Part shown: positions 49,197-59,168 of the stretch, one piece after another
Position numbering within the stretch: position 1 is the first letter of the stretch
How the letters are laid out: each line of letters opens with the position of its first letter
Origin: Candidatus Zixiibacteriota bacterium
GTDB taxonomy: Bacteria; Zixibacteria; MSB-5A5; WJJR01; JAJRUJ01
Direction of reading: 5' to 3'
NCBI GenBank assembly: GCA_024277855.1
Contig: JAJRUJ010000060.1
Span: 5,948-69,947 of the forward strand
DNA: 64,000 nt
Program-made: the position numbers and the translations under genes
Notes under the pieces: model-generated
Seen by the model: the letters and a program-made list of their open reading frames with translations, nothing else
What the model was told of the DNA's origin: nothing
Databases searched by the model: none

Positions 49197-50144
49197 TTGA
49201 TTTATATGAAGACGTTTACACCTGCATCTGCCTCACTGGGTATTTGGCTGACTGTGGCGCTGGCCGGCATCGCCGCGACCTTTGCAATATTGGCCTATCT
49301 TGGCGACGACGGCTTGGCGGACGGTGATTGGCCGGCGCGCGCCGCGCGGGCGGCCGAGCTGCAAAACAACAAGCTTTTTACCGCCGCGATCGAAGAATAC
49401 ACCGCCCTGGCCGACAATCCGGCGGTCCCGACGCCGAAACGGGCAAACTACGCTTTTGCCGCCGGTGAGATTTACCTGGATGAGTTGGCTGATTATGAAA
49501 ACGCCGCGGCCTTTTTTATTCGTGCGCGGTCTCTGGATCCGCGCCCGGGACTCGATAAGAAAATTGGACAACGGCTGGTCGAGTGTTTCGAAAACCTCGG
49601 GCGGGTTTTTGATGCGGCACGGCAGTTGGCCGACTATACCGCGGAGGATGACAAAGGCAAAGCTGCGCCGGGGGAGATCGTCGTTGCGCGGGTCGGCGAA
49701 CGGGAAATCACCCTCTCCGAGATCGAAGGCGAATTGCAAAAACTCCCCCCGCAAGTCCAGGCCGAATTTACTGCGAAGGAGAAAAAGCTCGAATTCGTGC
49801 GGCAATATATCGGCATGGAACTGCTCTACAAATCGGCTGTCCGTCGAGGCTTGGACCGCACGCCCGAGATTCAGCGGCAGGTCGCCGATATCAAGCGGCA
49901 GTTGATCCTCGATAAGATCCTCCAGGAGGAAATCCTCGCCAAAATAACTGTCTCGGACTCCGACCTGGAATTCTTCTTTAAGGCCCATCAGGCCGACCTT
50001 TTCCCCGATAAGAAGTTGGCCGAAATCCGCCCCCAGGTGGAGCAGGAGTACCGTCGGGTCAAACAACGTGAGAAATATGCCGAGATGATCGACAACCTGA
50101 TTGACGCTGAACCAGTAACAATTTACGAGGAACGCCTAAAGTAA
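49197..50144 (+). CDS. SurA-N-terminal-domain-like periplasmic chaperone (no PPIase domain) with TPR-like N-terminus
   Basis: Signal peptide. EIVVARVGEREITLSEIEGELQKLPPQVQ...EKKLEFVRQYIGMELLYKSAVRRGLDRTPEIQ resembles the SurA_N / PpiD N-domain. Confidence 0.55.
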   Translation: MIYMKTFTPASASLGIWLTVALAGIAATFAILAYLGDDGLADGDWPARAARAAELQNNKLFTAAIEEYTALADNPAVPTPKRANYAFAAGEIYLDELADYENAAAFFIRARSLDPRPGLDKKIGQRLVECFENLGRVFDAARQLADYTAEDDKGKAAPGEIVVARVGEREITLSEIEGELQKLPPQVQAEFTAKEKKLEFVRQYIGMELLYKSAVRRGLDRTPEIQRQVADIKRQLILDKILQEEILAKITVSDSDLEFFFKAHQADLFPDKKLAEIRPQVEQEYRRVKQREKYAEMIDNLIDAEPVTIYEERLK

Positions 50145-50165
50145 CAAGTTATATGTGTCGGCCGT

Positions 50166-51182
50166 TTGACGGACGGCGGGAGTTTTTTGAGCACAATGCG
50201 ATTCCGATCGACGACAACAAGCCGGATCACCTCAGCGGCGATTATCATCGCGGTGGCGGTACTTTGCCCGGTAATTTCGGCGGCCCAGAATGTTTCGGTT
50301 ACTGCGTCGGTTGATCGGACGGAAATTACTATTGGTGATTTGGTCAACCTGGAAGTTGTCGTTGTTGCCGATACTACGCTCAAAATCAAGCTGCCGCCGA
50401 CCGAAGGCCTGTTGGGGGTATTCGAAGTCAAGGACTATAATATTGCTGATCCGGTGATTGATGAGAACGGCCAGCAAGTTTTCCGTTCGCAATTCTCGCT
50501 GACCACGTGGACCACGGGCACCTGGCTGGTTCCGCCCCTGACGGTGACTTTCAGCGATACGCTGGGTCACGTCGGCACGGCTTCCTCTGATTCTCTGTTT
50601 ATCACCGTCAAAAGCATTCTGGCCGGAGCCGGTGCCGACACTGTCGATATCCGCGACCTCAAGCCGCTCTACTCGGTGCCCACCAAGCGGGCCATTTACT
50701 ATTATCTCGGCGGGGTGCTGCTCCTGTTGGCTGCCGGTCTCTGGTACTTCCTCCGGCACCGCCGGCGTGAAGAGAAACTCGACCAGGGAGATACACGCAC
50801 GGCCTGGGAACGGGCCTATGACGACCTGAACGAATTACAGGCCTCGGACTACCTGGCTAAACAGCAATGGCGTCTGTGGTATTTCTCCCTGACGGAAATC
50901 TATCGCCGCTACCTTGACAGTCGTTTTCATGTTGAAACGTTGGAAGCCACCACTGATGAGGTGAAAAATATCCTGCCGTCGATCCCGTTGGGCGAAAGCG
51001 GCCGCAAGGCGGCAGAACAATTTCTTGACTACGCCGACCTGGTCAAATTTGCCCGGCTGGCCCCGGAACCGTCGCGGCCGGAGGATGATTTCAATTATGT
51101 CCGGCGCTTTGTCGATCAAACCAAAGTCGAAACTGTCGTCAAACCCGAACCGACTGTCGAGACAACCGGCACTGACGGCTGA
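50166..51182 (+). CDS. Bat-operon-associated membrane protein (DUF4381-like), paralog 2
   Basis: Signal sequence + VSVTASVDRTEITIGDLVNLEVVV beta domain. TM YYLGGVLLLLAAGLWYFLRHRRRE. Cytoplasmic tail. Immediately precedes batA. Confidence 0.5.
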   Translation: MTDGGSFLSTMRFRSTTTSRITSAAIIIAVAVLCPVISAAQNVSVTASVDRTEITIGDLVNLEVVVVADTTLKIKLPPTEGLLGVFEVKDYNIADPVIDENGQQVFRSQFSLTTWTTGTWLVPPLTVTFSDTLGHVGTASSDSLFITVKSILAGAGADTVDIRDLKPLYSVPTKRAIYYYLGGVLLLLAAGLWYFLRHRRREEKLDQGDTRTAWERAYDDLNELQASDYLAKQQWRLWYFSLTEIYRRYLDSRFHVETLEATTDEVKNILPSIPLGESGRKAAEQFLDYADLVKFARLAPEPSRPEDDFNYVRRFVDQTKVETVVKPEPTVETTGTDG

Positions 51183-51205
51183 TTACCGATGAGGAATAAA
51201 GTGAG

Positions 51206-52201
51206 ATGATTTTCCGTTTTGCCAATCCCTGGTTGCTGGTTCTCCTGATTTTTGTGCCGGTGGTCATCTATGTCTATTTCTTCCGGTGGAAAGGCCATCT
51301 CACGCCGGTTCGTTTTTCCGATACCGGTCTGGTTGCGTCGTTGAAACCGACGATGCGGGTTCGTCAGCGGCATGTGCTGATCATCCTGCGTACCCTGGCC
51401 ATTACTTGTCTTATCGTTGCCTCGGCGCGGCCCCAGGCCGGTACGGTAACTTACGATGTCACCGCCGAGGGGATCGATATTATGCTCGTGCTGGATACCT
51501 CGACGTCGATGAAGGCCGAGGATTTTAAACCGCAAAACCGCCTGGCCGTAGCCAAGGGCGTGATTGAGGATTTTGTGCGCGGCCGGTCGAACGATCGGAT
51601 TGGGCTGGTCGTTTTTGCCGCGCAGGCGTTCATGCAATGCCCGTTGACGCTGGACTATGGTGTCTTGATTAATTTTCTCGAAAAAGTCGACTTCGGCCTG
51701 CTCGAGGACGGGACCGCCATCGGCCTGGCCGTCGCTACCGGTTTGAACCGGCTGCGCGAATCCAAAGCCGACTCGAAAATCATGGTGTTGCTTACCGACG
51801 GTGTCAACAACACCGGTTTCCCTGATCCAATCCCGGCTGCGGAGATGGCCCGTGCGCTCGGTGTGAAAATTTATACCGTGGGTGTGGGTAAGCCCGGCAA
51901 GGCGCCATATCCGATCGATGATCCGTTGTTCGGCAAACGATATCAATATATCCCGGAGCAAATCGACGAGGGGATGCTCAAAAAAATGGCCGAGATGACC
52001 GGTGGCTTGTATTTTCGCGCCAAGACACCGAAGATGCTTGCCGATATTTATGACCAGATATCCGCGCTGGAAAAAACAGAAATCAAATCTGAGCAGTATA
52101 CCCGGTATAATGAACTGTTCTGGTATTTCGCCCTGGCCGCATTGGGATTACTGCTGGCCGAACTCCTGCTGGCCCATACATGGTTCCGGCGGATACCATA
52201 A
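51206..52201 (+). CDS. batA: BatA (VWA-domain membrane protein of the aerotolerance operon)
   Basis: N-terminal TM. VWA MIDAS DIMLVLDTSTSM. C-terminal TM. Canonical BatA layout. Confidence 0.85.
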   Translation: MIFRFANPWLLVLLIFVPVVIYVYFFRWKGHLTPVRFSDTGLVASLKPTMRVRQRHVLIILRTLAITCLIVASARPQAGTVTYDVTAEGIDIMLVLDTSTSMKAEDFKPQNRLAVAKGVIEDFVRGRSNDRIGLVVFAAQAFMQCPLTLDYGVLINFLEKVDFGLLEDGTAIGLAVATGLNRLRESKADSKIMVLLTDGVNNTGFPDPIPAAEMARALGVKIYTVGVGKPGKAPYPIDDPLFGKRYQYIPEQIDEGMLKKMAEMTGGLYFRAKTPKMLADIYDQISALEKTEIKSEQYTRYNELFWYFALAALGLLLAELLLAHTWFRRIP

Positions 52202-52225
52202 ATGAAATTGAGGACTGAGTAAGCA

Positions 52226-53236
52226 ATGCGATTTGGTGATCCGATATTTTTCTGGCTTTTATGGCTGGTGCCGCTGGTGAGCGTGATGCTCTATTTTGCC
52301 TATCGTTTGCGGGCGCGGGCGCGCCGTCGGTTCGCCGATGAATCACTGCTCAAACGACTATTGGCGGGATACTCACCGCGGCGGCGTCTGATCAAATCGA
52401 TGTTGATTGTACTCGCGATCTTTTTCATTGTTTTTGGTCTTACCCGGCCGCAGTTCGGTGAAAAAATGGTTTTCCTCAAACGGCGCGGCGTGGATATTGT
52501 AATTGTCCTGGATACTTCCCGCTCGATGCTGGCGCGCGACATGCGGCCCAACCGGTTGAGCAAGGCCAAGCAGGAAATCTATGGTTTGCTCGAAAGGATG
52601 AAGGGTGACCGGGTTGGGCTGGTTTGTTTTGCCGGTGATGCCATCATCCAGTGTCCGCTGACGCTGGATTATAATGCTGCGCAGATCGTGGTTAACGCGG
52701 TAGACTTCACTACGGTTTCCCGGCCGGGCACGGCCATTGCCAAGGCATTGACGACCGCGGTTGGGATGTTCGATGCCACCGAAAAGAAATTTAAAGTCAT
52801 CGTCTTAATCACCGACGGGGAAGACCACGAGGGCGATGTCGAGGACGCCGCCGCCAAGGCCGAACAAGCCGGGGTTATTATTTATGCCATCGGGATCGGT
52901 TCACCGAGCGGAGAACCGATTCCTGAACTCAAGCCGGACGGGACTTTTTCCGGCTTCAAAAAAGACGAGAACGGACGGGTGATCCTGAGCAAACTGGACG
53001 AATATAGTTTGCAGAAAATCGCCCTCTCTACCGGCGGCAAATATTTCCGCGCATCGGCCGGCGAACTCGAGTTGGATCGGGTCTATGAGGATATCTCCAC
53101 CATGGAGAAAAAGGAGCTCGAAGGCAAATTGTTCACGCAGTATGAAGATCGTTTCGCCTGGTTTTTAGTCCCGGCGGCGTTGTTGATTACTCTCGAAGCG
53201 GTGTTGACCGAACGCCGGCGGCGGCGGCGAGCGTAG
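52226..53236 (+). CDS. batB: BatB (VWA-domain membrane protein)
   Basis: DIVIVLDTSRSM MIDAS motif flanked by TM helices. Follows batA. Confidence 0.85.
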   Translation: MRFGDPIFFWLLWLVPLVSVMLYFAYRLRARARRRFADESLLKRLLAGYSPRRRLIKSMLIVLAIFFIVFGLTRPQFGEKMVFLKRRGVDIVIVLDTSRSMLARDMRPNRLSKAKQEIYGLLERMKGDRVGLVCFAGDAIIQCPLTLDYNAAQIVVNAVDFTTVSRPGTAIAKALTTAVGMFDATEKKFKVIVLITDGEDHEGDVEDAAAKAEQAGVIIYAIGIGSPSGEPIPELKPDGTFSGFKKDENGRVILSKLDEYSLQKIALSTGGKYFRASAGELELDRVYEDISTMEKKELEGKLFTQYEDRFAWFLVPAALLITLEAVLTERRRRRRA

Positions 53237-53257
53237 GGTCTCCGCAGGTTTCTGATC

Positions 53258-54079
53258 ATGGACAAGACAAAGACACATCCGCGCAAATTCGTCAATCGCA
53301 CCCTCGCGGCGGCCCTTGCCCTGGCAATGTTGTTCTTGACCACGCCGGCGTTGGTGCGAGGCGATGATTATAATTCCCTGCTCAAGGAAGGAAACCGGCT
53401 TTATGAAGAGGGCAAATATGATGATGCGTTGACCAAATACCGCGAAGCGCAGATCGAACGGCCGGAGGCACCCGAAGTACAATATAACATCGGCAGTGCC
53501 CTTTATCGAGAAGGGGCATTTGAGGAGGCCGCCAAGGTTACCGGTAATTCATTAACGACCGATAAGGCGACGCTGGAAGCCAACGCCCATTATAATATGG
53601 GCAATGCGCTCTATCGTCAGAAAAAATACCCCGAGGCCATTGAGGCCTACAAACAGTCACTCTCGATTAACCCCGATGATGTCGACGCGAAGTTTAACCT
53701 TGAACTGGCCCGGAAGATGCTCAAAGAGCAGATGAAACCGCAAGAGCAACAACAGCAGCAACAACAACAGGATAAGCAGAAACAACAGCAACAACAGGAG
53801 CAGGACAAAAACCAGGACAACAAAGATCAACAACAACAGCAGAAGCAGCAGCAACAGGAAGAACAGGACAAACAGGGCGAGAAAAATCAGCAGCAGCAGT
53901 CCAGGGAAGAGGCCGACTCCACGCAGCAGCAACAGGGCCAACAAGCCGAGCCGGTTGAAGGCCTGACCAAAGAAGACGCCGAACGGATTCTTGACGCACT
54001 CAAAGATGAACAGCAACATTTACAAAAAGAAATACGGCAGGGTCGGTCGACGCCGAGCCACGGCGGAAAAGACTGGTAA
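53258..54079 (+). CDS. batC: BatC (TPR protein) with Gln-rich low-complexity tail
   Basis: Signal peptide. TPR-like YNIGSALYREGAFEEA and YNMGNALYRQKKYPEAIEAYKQSL. Residues 161-229 are Q/K/D/E-rich. Confidence 0.7.
   Translation: MDKTKTHPRKFVNRTLAAALALAMLFLTTPALVRGDDYNSLLKEGNRLYEEGKYDDALTKYREAQIERPEAPEVQYNIGSALYREGAFEEAAKVTGNSLTTDKATLEANAHYNMGNALYRQKKYPEAIEAYKQSLSINPDDVDAKFNLELARKMLKEQMKPQEQQQQQQQQDKQKQQQQQEQDKNQDNKDQQQQQKQQQQEEQDKQGEKNQQQQSREEADSTQQQQGQQAEPVEGLTKEDAERILDALKDEQQHLQKEIRQGRSTPSHGGKDW
53738..53944 (+). repeat. CAA/CAG (Gln) coding low-complexity tract inside batC
   Basis: Runs of caacaacagcagcaacaacaacag encoding EQQQQQQQQDKQKQQQQQ.... Confidence 0.8.
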
Positions 54080-54095
54080 TTCCGCGGGCGGGTTT

Positions 54096-55943
54096 ATGGA
54101 AATGATTACACGGAAAATACGGATATCTATCATCGTCACTGCTGTATTGTCTCTGACGGCGGTTTTGTCGTCGACAGCATTTGGTACCGATGTAAAGATC
54201 ACCAGCGATGTCGATCGCACCCGACTTGCCGTCGGTGAATATCTCAATTATACGATTAGTGTGACCGGCGATGTGCGCTCTCTACCTGAACCAACATTGC
54301 CCGATTTGAGTAAAGATTTCGAGGTTTACTCTTCCGGCCGCAACCAATCGTTTTCGGTCGGAACCGGTGGAATCTCTTCCTCGGTCATCTACAACTATAT
54401 GCTGGTACCGAAAAAAGAGGGACAATTGACCATCTGGTCGGCCTCCATCGAAGTGGATGGTAAAACCTACCGTTCCGAGCCAATTACCATAACTGTGACC
54501 AGCCCGTCCTCGGCGGCGCCTCCGTCTCCGCAAAACAACTCTCGCCGAGATGCCACTCCTCCAAGCGGCAATGGCCGGGTCCGGCTCTTTGCTGAGGCAC
54601 AACTTGACCGTGATACGGTCTATGTCAATGAACCGGTCACGTTGACGTTTCGATTCTATCGCGGAGAGCAACTCTATCAAACCGCCCAGATGACCCGGCC
54701 GTCGCTGGCCGATTTTTGGCAGGAAGATCTGCCGCCAAAGGAACAGACCTACCGGGTAATTGACAATATTCGCTATGAAGTTACCGGGATCAAGACCGCC
54801 TTGTTTCCCATTTCGGCCGGGAAGAAGACCATCGGACGGTTCGAGCTTTCCACGGCAATCCGCGATCGGAGTGGCCGGCGGCGTGACCCGTTCGGTTTCG
54901 ATGATAATTTCTTTTCGGTGTTCCAGCGAGGAAAACCGGTGAAGCTTGCGACCAAGCCGCTGAGTTTGACCGTACTTCCGTTGCCGCGCGAGGGCCAGCC
55001 GGGCGATTTTTCCGGTCTCGTTGGTTCGTTCGATATCACCGCGGTCTTCGACCATACGACTGTCCCGGTCAATGAGCCAATTACGGCCAAAGTAACTATT
55101 TCGGGTAACGGGAATATCAAATCGATTACCGAACCAAAAGTGCAAGAGCCGGCTGATTTTCGTTTGTATAACGCCGGCGCGACGGAAAACGTAAGTAAAG
55201 CCGGTTACCGGGTCAGTGGTTCAAAAACATTTGAAGAGGTCTTCGTGCCGCGCCGCGCCGGTACTTATCAATTACCCTCGTTTACATTCAGTTATTTCGA
55301 TCCCCAGCAAAAACGATATATTTCCCGGCAGACCGAACCGGTGACGGTGACTGTCACGCCTGGCGACGCGGAGTTCTCAATCCCCCCGCTGGCTAAGGAT
55401 GCCGCCGACTTAGGGTATTTGGCCAAAGACGTGAGATGCCTAAAAACTTATACCGGCAAATTTCACCGCCATTCAACGGGATTTCCCTTTGTTCTATTCG
55501 GCATGTTTCATCTTCTGCCCTTGGCCGGAGTCGGTGTTGTTGTGGTTCTCCGTCGCCGGCGCGATCGTCTTGAATCGGATGTGGCCTATCGTCGTTTGCG
55601 CTATGCCGGCAAAGCCGCGCGTCGGCGATTACGCCACGCGCAGAAACTGTTTGCCAACGGTGATGCGGCGCAATTTTATCCCGCGGTTACCTCGGCGTTG
55701 ACCGATTACCTTGGCGATCGATTCAACCGTTCGGGCAAGGGAATGGTCCGGGCCGAGATCAAGGGTATTCTCAATGAGGCGGGGATCGGGAGCGAGTTAA
55801 TCGACGAAATCAGCGCAATTCTCGATACCTGTGATCAGGCGCGATTCGCACCCGGCGCCGGCGAAACGGCCTCGATGCGCGAAGTGTACGAACGGGGTGT
55901 GAATGCCCTGACTGAGTTGGATCGGGCCATGCAAAAGAAATGA
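54096..55943 (+). CDS. batD: BatD (large oxygen-tolerance operon protein)
   Basis: Signal peptide + VKITSDVDRTRLAVGEYLNYTISVTGD BatD N-domain. Late TM FVLFGMFHLLPLAGVGVVVVL. The ORF is open from 53991, but the Met at 54096 follows the batC stop. Confidence 0.75.
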   Translation: MEMITRKIRISIIVTAVLSLTAVLSSTAFGTDVKITSDVDRTRLAVGEYLNYTISVTGDVRSLPEPTLPDLSKDFEVYSSGRNQSFSVGTGGISSSVIYNYMLVPKKEGQLTIWSASIEVDGKTYRSEPITITVTSPSSAAPPSPQNNSRRDATPPSGNGRVRLFAEAQLDRDTVYVNEPVTLTFRFYRGEQLYQTAQMTRPSLADFWQEDLPPKEQTYRVIDNIRYEVTGIKTALFPISAGKKTIGRFELSTAIRDRSGRRRDPFGFDDNFFSVFQRGKPVKLATKPLSLTVLPLPREGQPGDFSGLVGSFDITAVFDHTTVPVNEPITAKVTISGNGNIKSITEPKVQEPADFRLYNAGATENVSKAGYRVSGSKTFEEVFVPRRAGTYQLPSFTFSYFDPQQKRYISRQTEPVTVTVTPGDAEFSIPPLAKDAADLGYLAKDVRCLKTYTGKFHRHSTGFPFVLFGMFHLLPLAGVGVVVVLRRRRDRLESDVAYRRLRYAGKAARRRLRHAQKLFANGDAAQFYPAVTSALTDYLGDRFNRSGKGMVRAEIKGILNEAGIGSELIDEISAILDTCDQARFAPGAGETASMREVYERGVNALTELDRAMQKK

Positions 55944-56746
55944 AAACGACCATGAGATTGGCTGAAACTATACATCTGACTCGAACAGGTCTGGTTGCTC
56001 TGGCCGTACTGGGCATTGTGATGATGCTCGTCTGCCCGTCGGCTGTCATGGCGCAGGATGTATCGGCGGTTTTCGACAGCGCGGGGACACAATATGAACG
56101 TGGCGATTATCCTGCTGCCGTTGCGTTATATACCGACTTGCTCGACCAGGGTTATGATGATCCCGTTATCTGGTATAACCTCGGCAATGCGTATTTCAAG
56201 GCCGGGCAATTGGGCCGGTCAATCAAGGCCTACCTTCGCGCCCGACGGCTGGCGCCCCGGGACCCGGATATTAATGCCAATCTGCAATTCGTGCGGCTAT
56301 ACTCGGCCGATCGCCTGGATCGTTCAGGACGGTTGTTTGTTCTGGGCTGGGCCGACACGATCTCCCGCTGGCTGACCCTTAATGAGTGGATGACTCTCGC
56401 CGGGGCATTGTTCTTTACACTATGTCTTCTCGCCTCGCTTAAACTCTGGCTCTTTCCCCGGGGTCGCGCCGGTTGGTATTGGCTGGGAGTGGGCGGATTT
56501 GTCTGGCTTCTGGTCCTCGGCGGTGGTTTTCGCCATTACCGGGACGAATATGTACTCCGGCGCGGCGTAGTCACGGTTGCCGAGACTGACGTGCGCGGTG
56601 GTCCCGGCGAGGACTACACGCTGCAATTTACCGGCCATGACGGCTTGGTCTTCACCATTGATCGCGTTGAATCAGATTGGTTGCTGGTGACTTTCGAAAA
56701 CGGCGTCAAGGGCTGGGTTGCCAGCAGCGCCATCGAACCAATATAA
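55940..56746 (+). CDS. batE: BatE (TPR + SH3-like C-terminal domain)
   Basis: TPR-like YNLGNAYFKAGQLGRSIKAYLRARRL. TM segments. C-terminal GWVASSAIEPI SH3b-like. 4-nt overlap with batD. Confidence 0.65.
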   Translation: MKTTMRLAETIHLTRTGLVALAVLGIVMMLVCPSAVMAQDVSAVFDSAGTQYERGDYPAAVALYTDLLDQGYDDPVIWYNLGNAYFKAGQLGRSIKAYLRARRLAPRDPDINANLQFVRLYSADRLDRSGRLFVLGWADTISRWLTLNEWMTLAGALFFTLCLLASLKLWLFPRGRAGWYWLGVGGFVWLLVLGGGFRHYRDEYVLRRGVVTVAETDVRGGPGEDYTLQFTGHDGLVFTIDRVESDWLLVTFENGVKGWVASSAIEPI

Positions 56747-56957
56747 TTATTTCTCGATTTTTTGCTCAGGAATGATCATCGGTGAAGTGTCTTCGCCGCC
56801 AGCGAACCTTCTGGCAGCCCGTTAATTGCGGCAGAATCCATCAAGATCCATTTGCCTGATTGAGAAAAGTCCTTTGATCGAATCGGTGCCGGGGACGCTA
56901 AAAGGTTGACAGGGGAGGCATTGGCCGTCATTTTCCCGGTATAGGTGGTAAGCGGTT

Positions 56958-58085
56958 TTGGCGCCGGGTGCGACTGGTTGTGCGATGGTCTGGAAATTCC
57001 TGAAAAAAAAGCGGTTCTGGGGCGTGGTAATCGCCTTCGGTTTTCTGGTCTACTCGTTTTGGGGAATTGATCTGGCCGGAGCGTGGGATGCTCTGCGGAA
57101 AGTTGAGCCGATTTATTTTATCCCGGTCCTATTGGGGATGTTTTTGATGCCGCTGACTCGTTCGGAGCGGCTGAAAACGATTTTCGAAAAGGAAAAACAG
57201 ATCAATAGCTGGAAAGTCTATTCCGCCTACAATATTGCCCAGTTATTGAACATGTCGCTCCCCATGCTCACCGGCCAGGTTGCACGGGGACTGTTTTTCT
57301 CCAAATCTTTCGGATTAACCAAGACATATTGTTTCACGATGATCGTTCTCGAGGCGTTGTTCGATGGGCTGACGTTGCTGATGTTCGTGTTTGCCTCCTC
57401 CTCGCTGATGGTGTTCCCGGGCTGGCTGTTTCGTGGCGAGGTGGTCGTCCTGGTCGCCTGTCTTTTATTATTTGGTTTTTTCTATTTTGCGCTTCATCGC
57501 CAGGGCAAATCGTCGGGTCGGGTACCGCGCTGGATGTTCCGCATTTTACCGCGACGCTGGATCCGTAAGTGGCTCAATATGTCGTCGTCGTTCCTCGCCG
57601 GAATCCGGATGCTGCGCAGCGGCCGTCATCTGGTAAAAGTCGTGCTGCTGTCGCTGGCCTCCTGGCTTGCCCACGCACTGGCAGTATTTTCATTGTTATT
57701 TGCATTTGGCTTTGATCTGCCGTTTTGGGGCGCGCTGGTCATCCTGATTATCAACACGGCGGTTATCATGGTGCCGATCTCACCGGGAAATCTGGGCACG
57801 TTCCAGTTTGCCTGTATCTTCGGCCTGTCGTTTTTCGGTATTCCCAAGGAATCGGCCCTGAGCTTTTCTCTGGTCCTGCAAGTTTTGGAGAACCTGCCGG
57901 TGGTCATCCTGGGGACGTATTTTCTACTGACCTCGCACACCAATCTGAAAGAATACCAGACCGACGATCTTGACCGCGCGCAGGACATCCTGACCGGCCG
58001 CAAATCCTCATTCAACGGTGGCCACACCGTTCAAGGTCCGGAATGCGCAAAAGAACCAGTTGCCAATGCGCAGAGTAACACATGA
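56958..58085 (+). CDS. Flippase-like / UPF0104 (lysylphosphatidylglycerol-synthase TM-region-like) membrane protein
   Basis: MVWKFLKKKRFWGVVIAFGFLVYSFWGIDLAGAWDALRKV N-terminus and about 8 TM helices typical of the UPF0104 family. Confidence 0.7.
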   Translation: MAPGATGCAMVWKFLKKKRFWGVVIAFGFLVYSFWGIDLAGAWDALRKVEPIYFIPVLLGMFLMPLTRSERLKTIFEKEKQINSWKVYSAYNIAQLLNMSLPMLTGQVARGLFFSKSFGLTKTYCFTMIVLEALFDGLTLLMFVFASSSLMVFPGWLFRGEVVVLVACLLLFGFFYFALHRQGKSSGRVPRWMFRILPRRWIRKWLNMSSSFLAGIRMLRSGRHLVKVVLLSLASWLAHALAVFSLLFAFGFDLPFWGALVILIINTAVIMVPISPGNLGTFQFACIFGLSFFGIPKESALSFSLVLQVLENLPVVILGTYFLLTSHTNLKEYQTDDLDRAQDILTGRKSSFNGGHTVQGPECAKEPVANAQSNT

Positions 58086-59052
58086 TGGTTGGTTTCGGTC
58101 CAGGTCGGCTCGATACTCCGCTCCCGGGAGTTGTGGTTTGAGCGCCGAGGAATCACTGACTGGGCGGGTTTTGCGCGCGTACGGCAATCGGTTTATCGTC
58201 CAGACGTCGAGGGGGGTCTTCGATTGCCGTCTGCGCGGTAAATTGCGTTTACATACCAGGGCCCAAAAACCCCCGGTAGTTGTCGGCGACCGGGTACGAT
58301 TCGTCATCGAAGATCCGTCCCATGGCATTATCGAGGAGGTGGCCGCCCGACGGAACAAACTCTCCCGCCCCGATGTCAATAATCCCGATCTAGAAAAAGT
58401 TATCGTGGCCAATGTCGAGCAGATGGTGGTGGTGGCCGCAGTCGATAAGCCGCGTCTGAAAACCGGCGCGATCGATCGATTCCTGCTTGCGGCGGAAAAA
58501 AGCGGAATGGATGGATGTGTCTGTATCAATAAAACCGATCTCGACACGGCGGCGAAATACGACCGGATTGCTGCGGTTTACCGTGCAGCCGGCTATACCG
58601 TAATCACCTGCTCAGTGGTGACCGGTGAGGGTATGGCTGACGTCCGCCGGGCGGTTCGCTATCGGGTATCGCTTTTTGCCGGACATTCCGGCGTCGGGAA
58701 ATCGTCGATTATCAACTGCCTCCAGCCGGGGCTTAAAATCAGGACCGGGGAAATTTCCGGGGCGACCGGCAAAGGAATCCATACCACCACTGCCGTCGAA
58801 TTGCACCCACTGGATTTCGGTGGTTATATCGCCGATTCGCCCGGCCTGCGCGAGGTCGGCCTCTGGGATATCGACGCGGACGAACTGGCCGGGCTTTATC
58901 CGGAGATGGCGCCATATCTGGGGGAATGCCGATTCCGTAATTGCGTCCATGTCGGGGAGCCCGGGTGCGCGATCAAAGCGGCCGTCGAAGATGGGCGGCT
59001 GGCCCGGCTGCGCTATGACGGCTATTTGCGTATATATCATTCGCTTAAGTGA
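58066..59052 (+). CDS. rsgA: Ribosome small-subunit-dependent GTPase A (RsgA/YjeQ)
   Basis: OB-fold N-terminus GRVLRAYGNRFIV. Circularly permuted GTPase INKTDL...LFAGHSGVGKSSIIN. Zn-finger CRFRNCVHVGEPGCAI. The start is uncertain: ATG 58066 or an internal TTG around 58138. Confidence 0.85.
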   Translation: MRRVTHDGWFRSRSARYSAPGSCGLSAEESLTGRVLRAYGNRFIVQTSRGVFDCRLRGKLRLHTRAQKPPVVVGDRVRFVIEDPSHGIIEEVAARRNKLSRPDVNNPDLEKVIVANVEQMVVVAAVDKPRLKTGAIDRFLLAAEKSGMDGCVCINKTDLDTAAKYDRIAAVYRAAGYTVITCSVVTGEGMADVRRAVRYRVSLFAGHSGVGKSSIINCLQPGLKIRTGEISGATGKGIHTTTAVELHPLDFGGYIADSPGLREVGLWDIDADELAGLYPEMAPYLGECRFRNCVHVGEPGCAIKAAVEDGRLARLRYDGYLRIYHSLK

Positions 59053-59168
59053 TCTGGTCGTTTTTTTGGGTCTAATTGGCAAAAATTTTGTATACTCTCC
59101 AAACAATAAAAAACCCGCCGGCGACAACGGAGGGCAGTTTTGGGGAGTTTACTACCAGGAGCACTGGA

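Noticed and set aside
53657-54019. Minus-strand ORF encoding poly-Leu (LLLLLL...)
   Set aside because: It is the antisense reading of the CAA/CAG Gln-coding repeat inside batC (CTG/TTG gives Leu), not a gene.
58018-58085. Overlap between the 5' end of the rsgA ORF and the 3' end of the flippase-like gene
   Set aside because: Probably an artefact of using the longest ORF. rsgA more likely starts at ATG 58066 (a 20-nt overlap) or at an internal TTG. It is not treated as a frameshift or pseudogene.
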